From NCBI RefSeq assembly GCF_000143415.4, contig NW_003314413.1:62001-126000 (forward strand): 64,000 bases of DNA, read 5' to 3'. Source of the stretch: Selaginella moellendorffii (taxonomy: Eukaryota; Plantae; Lycopodiophyta). This document shows, piece by piece, positions 1 through 9,313 of the stretch. The translations under genes and the position numbers were made by a program. The notes beneath the pieces are model-generated. The model saw only the letters and a list, made by a program, of their open reading frames with translations. It was not told where the DNA came from and did not search any database. The first letter of the stretch is position 1, and every line of letters begins with the position of its first letter.

Positions 1-10
1 GCCTCAGGTT

Positions 11-1037
11 GGTCGGCCATGCCCGACCTACCCACTATCCCTACTATACATTTGGAACCCCCCATAGCCCCCCCCCCCTTGAGGAACACACGCTTTGGGC
101 TTTCACCCCAAGCCTCCCTTAGTATTAGGAGTTAGTCTCTGGGACAAGTTCGAAACTTACTAAATATGGAATGGCGCTAGATTGCGAATTTGGACACGGG
201 ATGAACACCATTGTGTTCAGGCCGATCTCTACATTCCGTAGATATGCCAAATGAGCAGATCTAGACACTTTCCATAAATAGCATTTGGAACCAAAATGAG
301 ACTAACACAAAGGGTATGATAGCGAGGGTGTTTGGCAGACACGGTAAGCTATCATCTAGCAATATTGAGGGACCAATCTCAATATTGCGGGGGTTCCCAA
401 CACTAGCAAGTGCAAGTCAACGAATGAGTTTCTCTAACCAGGTCAAGTATGCTTGACTAAATAGACACTTAGGAATTCCTTCCTTATGCTCATTTGGTCA
501 AGTGCACACGCGAAGACCAGTTTCTCAACTAGCTTAGGTGGAGACTGATAACGGGCCCAGCAATACCGACCTCCTGCCATCGTGGCAGTAAGGTAAGAGT
601 GTCCGTAAGGACTAGCCGACAGGTAACTTTCGATACCCGAAGTCACATGCGCGACAATTTTTTACTTCAAGACCCTAGGGGAAAATATTGTGGCCTAACA
701 GGCCAGTATATGTACCCCTACTCCCCCCACTTCCATCCTGAAGGAAAAGCCCAAGCCCCTAGGAAGGAGTGAGGACCAATGAGCTGCATGATACTCATGT
801 GAGCCACCATTCCATATGAGCTGGGAGCACCATAGTCGGCTTCCCTTCCAAGAGTGAGAGCTACTCTTGAGCACTTTCTTGGGTGGCCTCTTTGGCAATC
901 CATGCTCACTCACCCAAGACCCTCAGTCTTAACCTCAAATCAATTTAAAAGCACCACTAAAGAGTTCTTTCAAAACTAATTTTTAGACCTCACTATCCCT
1001 ACTATACTTTTGCAGTCCCCCCCCCCCCCCCCCTTCA
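11..1037 (-). mobile_element. Possible LTR-retrotransposon remnant: two PPT+LTR-like junctions bounding a hairpin-rich ~1 kb segment
   Basis: CACTATCCCTACTATAC occurs at 33-49 and 991-1007, each followed by a poly-C run (a poly-G, PPT-like tract on the - strand). No coding signature seen. Confidence 0.35.
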
Positions 1038-1044
1038 AACTTGG

Positions 1045-1235
1045 CCTCAGACTCAGTCTCAAACTCAATCTTGGACCTAACTTCAGACTCGGTCTCAAAC
1101 CTGGTCTTGGACCTGATCTCGGATCTTGGACTCAGTTTTAAACTCCGTCTTAAACTTGGTCTTGGACTCGATCTTAGACTCAGTTTTGAACTCGGTTTCG
1201 GAGTCAGTTTTTGACTCAATCTCGAACTCAATCTC
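1045..1235. repeat. Degenerate ~12-bp tandem repeat (CTCRGTYTYRRA-like)
   Basis: Repeated units such as ctcagtctcaaa, ctcggtctcaaa and ctcagttttgaa; explains the low-complexity ORF 983..1237. Confidence 0.75.
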
Positions 1236-2208
1236 ATCCAATGAACTCTTTATTATTCCAATTGTGGTTTCAGGGATCCTTTAGCTTATAACACCTTGGG
1301 GAGTTAGTTCTTTACATAAAAATGAGAATTATAGAGTCATAAATGATTGATATGCCAAGAGGAAAAAACATTAGAGATAAGGAAGAAACACTAGAAATAT
1401 GAGAAGGTGGCTTAAGTCGAGAAATAAAAAAAGGTTAGAAAAGAGCAAAAGGTAAAGAGAAAGGATCAAATGGCAAATTGAAGCTACTCTGTGAAATGTC
1501 CAACTCATCTCCTAAGTTATTTTCATAATAATCAAGTTCTTTATCACAATCCAAAATCCATTTGAGTTCATAAATATTATCTTCCCATAAACTCAATCCT
1601 CAAACATTTTCCAAGAACCAAACTACATAATTCATAACTCGCCAATTGATATTACAATCACACTCCACATCAAAAGGAGATGGTAGAACACCAAGAACAA
1701 AACAAGCCATATATTTACATCCTATGAAAGTTGGAAATAACAATAGACTAAAGATGGATGCAACATTAATATGATCACACCCCATAACACTAAAAGTTCG
1801 ATCCAATAGAATAACATTAGTAACTTCAAGTGACATACTCTTTGATTGATGATGGCGTGGCATAGTAGAAGAATGCAATGAAGATCAGAAGAAGAATAAA
1901 TCTAAGCACAACAATAGTTAAAATTCTAAATCTTGCAAAAAGATAATACAAATTTAGATCTCAAAGATAATGGAGAAATAAAAACAAAAAGCACAATCCC
2001 AAACATTAAAACAAAGCATTACCAAAAAGCTTTGCTATTCATGGACAAATTGTGGTACCCCTCATCTTCACAATGTGAGTGCTTAGGATATAAGAATAAA
2101 TATAGTAATTAGGGTTTAAACCCTTGCTTATATACAAGAATGGATAGACCAAATTTAATCCCAAATAGACGGTTTATATGCTATAGTATTATAATTACCT
2201 AGCCAAGG

Positions 2209-2210
<2 letters not shown>

Positions 2211-2283
<73 letters not shown>
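2211..2283. repeat. (AT)n microsatellite
   Basis: Uninterrupted AT dinucleotide run read directly. Confidence 0.98.
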
Positions 2284-2285
<2 letters not shown>

Positions 2286-2979
2286 ATATATATAATAGGA
2301 TATATATATAAACCTTACACTTTTAGTTTTTAAGATGTTTTAAGTACTATCTCTGGTTTATTTTTAAAAAGTAAGTATTTAATGCAATAATAATGTTTTG
2401 TTATTGGAAAATTTGCAAGTAGTAATCTATAGAGAGTTATAAATACAATGGAAGATCAGTTATTTAGGACTCTTTATCTAATAAGCTGAATTGCATGTTA
2501 TATTTCTTAGCTGGGAATAATTCTAATGATTCTTTGTTCTCATATATTAGTTTAATAGATCACCTCCATGTCTCCCACACTCTCTATGTTGAAAGAGCTC
2601 TAACCCAACTACTTTAATTTAGCACTTTCTGATAACTCTATTTGATATTACAAATGCTATTCTTATTGGTGATTGTGGGTTAACATTAAAGTGTTAAAAT
2701 GTACAAACACTAATGAAAAATGGAAATGCAAGATTCTTCAAAATTTACTATAAATTATATTGGCTAACTTCCAAATACTATAATGGGCTTCTCCAATTTC
2801 CTGTGCTTGAACAATTTGCAAACACATCCCGGCAAGATATATGGATGATCTAGTGGCCGATAGTTATCTCCAGGATCCCAACACAAGATGAGACTAATGA
2901 AACTCTTTCCATGCATAAGTTGATTTACATTAAACACTAAGTAAATGACAACCGCTAGATTTCGCGCGAGGGTTTTGAC

Positions 2980-4536
2980 ATGGAGGTGTCGATGAATACG
3001 AAGGGCTTCCGGCGGTATGGCAAGCAGGTTCGTGAGGCAGAGCTGGCGGGGAATGTTCTGAGGCTTCCCAATGGTTTCCTGGGCAAGAAGCTGCTTCCAC
3101 TGTGGCTCCATCCGAACTACATCCTTCTCGAGGATTTCCTGGTTCGGAACACCAAGGGAGATGCCATGGATGTGGATGAAGAGTTCAAAGTTCGGAAATC
3201 GCAGTTTCACTTGGTAGGAACACCCGGGATTGGGAAGAGCTACTTTGGGCACTATTGGTTCTTCAAGCAAGCCAAGGATGGCAAGCGGGTGATCTGGAGG
3301 AGCCAGGGCGGTGTTTTCGTCTACTTTGACTTCTCGCTCGAGGATCCCTTTGTGCACGCTTCCAGCGACTACGTTGTCCCCAGCCCTTGGTTGGAGGATA
3401 TCGAAACAATCTGGCTGGTGGTGGATGGCGGCTGCGAGGGCCTCGACCACGATGGTTTTGTGCTCCAGTGCGTCTCTCCAGGTCGCAGTGGCTACCACGA
3501 GTTTGCAAAGGATGTGGGCGTGCCTTTTCACCTGGAAGCATGGACGCTCGAAGAGTTGATGCAGTGCAGGGATGCTCTGAACCTGGGATTCACGGATGAA
3601 GAGCTTGCAGAGCGTTTCTACTACTGCGGGGGCCTGCCTAGAGAAGTGTTGGATAAAAGGAAGACTAGCCAGAGCCTGAAAGACACCATGACAACAGCGG
3701 TGTCTTGGGCCCCAAGCTGGGAGGCAGTGATAAGGGATGTAGCATCTGGTGCAGATGCCATATCCAATTACCTTCTCCATTATCGGCTGCAAAGGGAGCT
3801 CGACGTGAATGCAGTTGCTTCGGACTGTGTGCTGCGGTTTACGTTGAAGTTCGCTTCCTTCTTTGTGGAGGATTTGGTAGTTGATAAGTTCCAGAGGCAG
3901 GGACATGGGAAAGTCAGGGAGTTTTTCGACTTCTGCCAGAGAGTTCCTGAGGCCCGCGCATTGTCCGGGAAGTTTTTCGAGAAAAACGTCCACAGGAAGC
4001 TGCAGGATGGCGGGGGTGATTACACAATCAAGGATTTGGCAACACCGGACAAGCCTCTCCCCGTTTTTGAGTTAAAGCCATCGAGCACCAAAAGGCTTCG
4101 TTGCTGGGAAGTCACTAAAGTGGCTGAGGGAAAACCATCGAAGGACGAGAAAATGCGTGGCTCTGCTGTAATCGGCAAGGAGGAATCCGTAGGATTGGCA
4201 AGCCTTGACAGAGGCTGTTTCGTCAACTCGTATGCAGCCATTTTCAAGTCGCTGGATTCGTTCGTCGTCCCAGATATCATGATCCAGTGTACATGCTCTT
4301 TGGATCACAAGATTTTCTGGGCTCCGGTCCTGGAGGTGGTGCAGGAATACGATCGTTGGTATTCACTCCAAGGTAGTACGCCGCCACCTTACTACCGTCT
4401 TATCTTCATCGTCCCAGAGTGTCAGTTTCGAAACTTCAAGTTTCAAGGGTATAAGAAGGAAGATGGCACTGACTATTTGGAGCTGCAGCCTGAAATGTCC
4501 AGAGTGAGGCAGTTGGCTTTATCTTTTCCATGGTAA
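2980..4536 (+). CDS. Crinkler/RHS-type (CR) protein: P-loop NTPase plus C-terminal restriction-endonuclease-fold domain; intronless, no N-terminal header
   Basis: 518-aa ORF with Walker A GTPGIGKS, Walker B WLVVDG, VSP, AWTLEEL, GGLPR and FAS motifs, then the REase motifs GKFFEK..H, SLDSF and IQCT....HKI typical of CRN/RHS NTPase-REase proteins. Confidence 0.8.
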   Translation: MEVSMNTKGFRRYGKQVREAELAGNVLRLPNGFLGKKLLPLWLHPNYILLEDFLVRNTKGDAMDVDEEFKVRKSQFHLVGTPGIGKSYFGHYWFFKQAKDGKRVIWRSQGGVFVYFDFSLEDPFVHASSDYVVPSPWLEDIETIWLVVDGGCEGLDHDGFVLQCVSPGRSGYHEFAKDVGVPFHLEAWTLEELMQCRDALNLGFTDEELAERFYYCGGLPREVLDKRKTSQSLKDTMTTAVSWAPSWEAVIRDVASGADAISNYLLHYRLQRELDVNAVASDCVLRFTLKFASFFVEDLVVDKFQRQGHGKVREFFDFCQRVPEARALSGKFFEKNVHRKLQDGGGDYTIKDLATPDKPLPVFELKPSSTKRLRCWEVTKVAEGKPSKDEKMRGSAVIGKEESVGLASLDRGCFVNSYAAIFKSLDSFVVPDIMIQCTCSLDHKIFWAPVLEVVQEYDRWYSLQGSTPPPYYRLIFIVPECQFRNFKFQGYKKEDGTDYLELQPEMSRVRQLALSFPW

Positions 4537-5796
4537 GAGCTACTTCATGTTTTAAGTACTTCGGACAATCCTTGGGATAATTCATAGGTTTAGTCTTCGC
4601 ACTCTAAAGTGTGTTGTGTTTCATTCTTCTTTGCACTGAGTAGTCTCTTTTAGTTGAGCCATGTTTGTTGGAGTGGAGCAATGCTCAGGCTCAAGGCATA
4701 AGCTCTCTGCCTATCAGTCTTGACATTATATGCTCATAAATTAGTGTTCTTAACTCTACTATCCCCACATTTATGCTATTTTCTTGAAAATTGTATTCCT
4801 GTTAAATACTGAATTTCTCCAGGGTTCAAGCGCAACCTTCAACCCTAGTGATTAGCAAAGATAGTATATATTTAAGTCTTCAATTCTACTTTTCAAAAGG
4901 CACCTCCATTTTCAAAGTTTTCATATGCAAAAGTGCTCCTTATTCTTGATTTCGTATGAGATATTCAAATGATCCAATTAGCTCTTCCTTATGCTCTCAA
5001 CCATCTCCAACACAGAAATTCTTCATAACTTTCAAATGGCACATCTTATAGTGCAAAATTGAGTGCCCAGATCACAAAATCGCTCTCACAGACTATAAAG
5101 ATGAATAGTTAAAGTTTTATCAGCTTGTGAAGTTGTAATTGGGATTTTGTAGTGCTTTGCCCAAATATCTTGAAGAAACATAAACTATCACTTCCTCTAA
5201 GCTACAAGTCTCTTTGCATTGCACAGACTTACTATAGCTTAATTTATTAAAGTATAGATATATTGAGTTATTAGTTATAAATTTTGTTACGCAAGAAATT
5301 AAAATTTTAGTTCCTGTACTACCATGTCTTCTTTATCAATCAAACCCTTTACATTGAACTCATGATCTTTCACTCATATAATTTTATCCCCACTTAAAGT
5401 TCATGTTAAGCATGATAGATTTATTATAAACATAATTTTGTGTTTGTTTATGTTCAATAATATCTTTTGTAGAGGTGTAAATGTTAAATACACTATGTTG
5501 CTAAGTATAGACCAAGTTGTTTCTCTGGAGAAAGCCTCTTGAAGTGAAAATATCATAGTCCCGTTTGTGGAGGAGCTCTCTATATTGGGGAAGTGATTGA
5601 AGTTATCTTGTAGTTCTCTTGTTGAATTATTATATGGAATGCTATAAGAAAATCTTAAATTTTTATTTCTTTTTTCAATTTTAAAGTGTTTTTAATACTC
5701 CATGTTCTCAGTGCACTACTCTAGTTGTTTTTTTTCTTTAAATGTTTTTATATTTCTTAGAGCCAAATTTGTTTCGTCCACTTTGGTTTGTTTAAC

Positions 5797-6164
5797 CAAG
5801 GTGGTAGTGGATATACCTAAATATGCTTGGATATTCTATGATATTCTACAATTTAACTGTTGTTATTCATTTAGATTAAATTTATATTTACAATTTATAA
5901 ACATTATTATAATTTATAAGCTTTCCTAAACAAATAAAATTAATCTTGTGTTTATAAATTATAAACATGTTTATAATTATAAACTTTCATTTGAACAATT
6001 AGATTAATAAATAGGAATAACACTACTATTAATCAAACCAAACATTGCTGCACAACAATTTTTTTTTTGTTCTTGTAGAATATGGTTGGATATTTTGGTT
6101 TATTCTACCATCTAACAGTTGATATTTATTTGGATTAATTTTGTTTTTATAAATTATAAACATG
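5797..6164 (+). repeat. AT-rich dispersed repeat; two degenerate tandem copies with a 22-bp palindrome
   Basis: 5797-5969 and 6076-6164 share GATATT..ATTCTAC..TTTATAAATTATAAACATG; palindrome AATTATAAACATGTTTATAATT at 5957-5978; a third copy is inverted at 45081-45236. Confidence 0.6.
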
Positions 6165-7029
6165 TTTATAGTTTATGAAATTATCTAATCTTAATTCAAT
6201 TCTACTCTTTTAACTGTAAATAAGTTTAACTGAGTATTCAATTTATGTCTTGGTTTTGATATTGCATGCTAAAGTTGTCACTTTAAATTTTGCAAGATTG
6301 GATATAAAACTTTATAGATCCAAGATTGATTTTGAGATGATGAGGTAAAGGTTTAATTTAGCAAAAGGGGTTGAGAAGCAATTTCACCTGAATTTCCAAT
6401 TTTGTAAGTTTTGAAGCTTGATTGTTGTTGAATGGTTTGTGGATAGATACCAATTATTCTTTCAACCATTGTTTTGATTAACTATTTTTTTTAAAAAAAA
6501 TATTTAGTATTGTTTACAATTGCTACTGGAATCTTTTGAATTACAAATCTCCAGACTCGTGATAACGGCCCCGCGCCTCGGACGCAACAGATGAAGGATA
6601 TAAGCTTCGGCAATGCTTTCGCTCCTGTAGCTTGACGGATGGAGAGCTTCTCGTCGCAAATCCTTGCACAAGCCGCGATCTCTTCTAGGCTCTCGGAGGA
6701 ACTTACCGAGTTGTTGTCTAGGCAACGCATCGGCTCTTCCCAGCTGTCTTGAATTCGATCTTCGAACAGTACAGCTTCAGTGCCCAAGCTATCGAGAATT
6801 ACTCCTGAAGTACTCGCGGCTCAGTTCCAGTCATCTCGACGCTGACTGGGGACACCTTCTCTCTAGAACACTGCCGGTCTTCTATCTTGTTCCAAACAAA
6901 TCGGTCGTGTTTGCCAACCATAGCTTGTCCCCGCTTGTGACTTACGCCCAGTAGCAGCCGGGCTCAAGATCACTGCAAGCTTCCTTCGTACCATCTCCAG
7001 TTCCAGTGCCAAGGCCGGCCGAATTGCTA

Positions 7030-7501
7030 CAGCCTCAGCACTGCCAACACCTCCATCGGCACCCTCTCGTCGCAGCCTCGCGCCTCATCCCCAGGAGCGT
7101 CGTTTAGGCCCTCCAGAAAAAGCCGCCTCTACACTCATGGATATCCCCGAGTCGTGATCACCGAGCCTCGAATTCCTTGCCGACGTTCTCCAGCCGATTT
7201 CGACGAGCTCGCCGAGGCACTGTGGCACGTAGTCCAGGTGGTGATCGGGAGCGACGGTTCCAGCCAACCCGTAAAGAGTGCTGCTGCTCAGAGCCTGACC
7301 AACGCGGCTAAGTTGCTCATCAATTTGGCACCATCGTCGGGAGGTTACATCACCGAGGCGGACCCAAACTGGCAGCAGTCGCTGTGTGGAGTGAACTATC
7401 AGCGGTTGCTGGGGATCAAGAGCATGGTCGATCCGGCAGGATTGTTTCGCTGCCACCATTGCGTGGGTAGTGAGTTCTTCACTCCATGCAAAGCATATTA
7501 A
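7030..7501 (+). pseudogene. C-terminal fragment of a berberine-bridge-like FAD-linked oxidoreductase (fungal/bacterial-type C-terminus)
   Basis: GGYITEADPNWQQSLCGVNYQRLLGIKSMVDPAGLFRCHHCVGSE matches the BBE domain; the upstream SRLIPRS motif is in another frame and followed by a stop; no FAD-binding N-terminus. Confidence 0.7.
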
Positions 7502-7567
7502 TGGTGATAGTAGTGGATCTTGGATCTTGTTCTACACCGCCATCTTGGATCTTGGCACTCGCTCCTA

Positions 7568-9307
7568 TCAAGTGTAAACATTTGACAATAGCACATAAGG
7601 TCCGGCATTGTCTGGATCACGATCAAGGATTGCTTGCCCGACTCTAGTTCCCAGATCCACATCCCTCTGCGTCTTGCAAGCGCTGAGCAGCGTCATCCAG
7701 GTCGCCTCTCGCGGCTCAAACGGCATGGTGCGTATGAGCTCCTCGGCATCCGCCAACCTCCCAGCCTTCCCGAGGAGAAAGATGACACAAGCGTAGTTCT
7801 CCAGCGTGAGATGCAAGCCATACTCGTGGCTCAAGTGGAAGAAGCACCGCGCGTCCTCGAGCAACCCCGAGTGGCAGCACGCCGCCAGAGCGCTCGAGAT
7901 GGTGGCGTCGTCGGGCACCATTCCATCGAGATGCAAGCGCGAGAAGATGTAGAGCGCCTCGTCGCCATGCCCGCTCTCGGCGTAGACCGCCACCATCGTG
8001 TTCCAGGAGATGATGTTCCGCTGCTCCATCGTCTCAAACACCTCCCGCGCGAGATCCAGGCTCCCGTACTTCCCATACATGTTGATGAGCGCGCTGGACA
8101 GGATCACGTCGAGCTTGAATCCATTGTCGTGGATCACCGAGTGGATGATCCTGGCCTCGGCCATGGACGGATCCGCGGAGCAAGCATCGATGAGGCTGCC
8201 GATCGTCTGCTGGTGTGGAAACTCCCCCTCGAGATCCATGAGCTTGAACAGCCGCATCGCCTCCCTGCCATACCCGTGCTGGGCATTTGCTGCGATCATC
8301 GCGGACCAGCTCACAGCGTTCCGGATCGGCATCTCAGAGAAGAGCCGCCGCGCCTCCTCAAGATCACCACTCTGCGCGAGCGCAGTGACCATCCCAGTCC
8401 AGACCACAACGTCGCGGCTGGCGGATCGATCAAACACTCTCCTCGCGCTGGTGATATCCCCGCTCTGGGTATAAGCTCCGATCATAGCGCTCAGCGCCAC
8501 TACGTCACCCGGCGGCGCCGCGCGGTACACCGCCTCCGCGTCACTCGCCCTCCCGAGCTTGCCATACATGATGATCAGCGCGGTCTGGACGATCACGTCG
8601 CCATCGTCGCCGCGAGCGACAGCCCTGCTGTGCGTGAGCTCCCCTCTCGCGAGATCGCCCAAGTTTCCATAGGCATCGAGGATGCTCGCGATGGTGTAGT
8701 GATTGATCGCGACGCCCTCTTGATCCATGCGGTGGAAGAGCTCCGCGGCCTCGCGGTCGCGGGCGTTTAGGACGTAGGCGGCGATCATCGCGTTCCAGGA
8801 GACGAGGTTGCGGCCTGGCATCTTGGAGAAGAGCTCCAGCGCAAGTTCTAGATGCCCGTTCTGGGCAAATGCTGCGATCATCGTTGTCCAAGAGACCACA
8901 TCTCTTTGCGGGGCGAGCATGAAGAGATTGCCCGCGTCGCGGACGCGATCGTTGTGGATGTAGGCGGCCATCATGATGTTCCAGGAGAAAACGTTCGGAT
9001 AGGCAATGCCATCGAAGATCTTGCGAGCGTCGACGATGGCGCCGCAGTGGCCATACATCTCGATGAGGAGATTGCGGAGGTATCGGCTGTGGCGCTGGGA
9101 GCTGGCGAGGATCTGCGAGTGCGTTTCCCTGCCACGGACCAAATCCCGGGTTTTCGAGCAAGAACGTAGCACCCTCGCGAATTCGTCTTGCTGGCGGAGA
9201 TCGTCGTCGATGGGCGATGGCGGTGATCGTGGCGCTGCTGCTGCCACTGCTGGATTGAGAGAAAACTTCTCGAGCATCGCCGTCGCCATCCTCGAGGAAC
9301 TTCTCAT
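7568..9307 (-). CDS. PLS-class pentatricopeptide repeat protein with E domain (organellar RNA-editing-factor type)
   Basis: Intronless 579-aa ORF; repeated VSWN/W..MI.A motifs; ends MPFEP..TWMTLLSACK...PYVLLSNVY; no DYW domain. Start may be 9307 or 9289. Confidence 0.93.
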   Translation of the reverse strand: MRSSSRMATAMLEKFSLNPAVAAAAPRSPPSPIDDDLRQQDEFARVLRSCSKTRDLVRGRETHSQILASSQRHSRYLRNLLIEMYGHCGAIVDARKIFDGIAYPNVFSWNIMMAAYIHNDRVRDAGNLFMLAPQRDVVSWTTMIAAFAQNGHLELALELFSKMPGRNLVSWNAMIAAYVLNARDREAAELFHRMDQEGVAINHYTIASILDAYGNLGDLARGELTHSRAVARGDDGDVIVQTALIIMYGKLGRASDAEAVYRAAPPGDVVALSAMIGAYTQSGDITSARRVFDRSASRDVVVWTGMVTALAQSGDLEEARRLFSEMPIRNAVSWSAMIAANAQHGYGREAMRLFKLMDLEGEFPHQQTIGSLIDACSADPSMAEARIIHSVIHDNGFKLDVILSSALINMYGKYGSLDLAREVFETMEQRNIISWNTMVAVYAESGHGDEALYIFSRLHLDGMVPDDATISSALAACCHSGLLEDARCFFHLSHEYGLHLTLENYACVIFLLGKAGRLADAEELIRTMPFEPREATWMTLLSACKTQRDVDLGTRVGQAILDRDPDNAGPYVLLSNVYT

Positions 9308-9313
9308 CCAGAT

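Noticed and set aside
33-49. CACTA-starting motif as a CACTA transposon TIR
   Set aside because: Both copies are in direct, not inverted, orientation and no matching right end or TSD was found.
715-777. Twister-ribozyme-like CCCAAGCCC motif
   Set aside because: The required L1 UAA, P2/P4 stems and pseudoknot partners could not be assembled.
1045-1235. CRISPR-like array
   Set aside because: A simple 12-bp tandem repeat without unique spacers, in eukaryotic DNA with no cas genes.
1500-2940. Possible decayed coding sequence upstream of the CR gene (including a kinase-like ILIGD motif)
   Set aside because: Too few matching residues to support any call.
2764-3993. 409-aa antisense ORF opposite the CR gene
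   Set aside because: No motifs; best explained as the codon-bias shadow of the sense ORF.
6491-7020. GC-richer coding-like fragment on the minus strand
   Set aside because: No family recognised and no convincing gene model; left unannotated.
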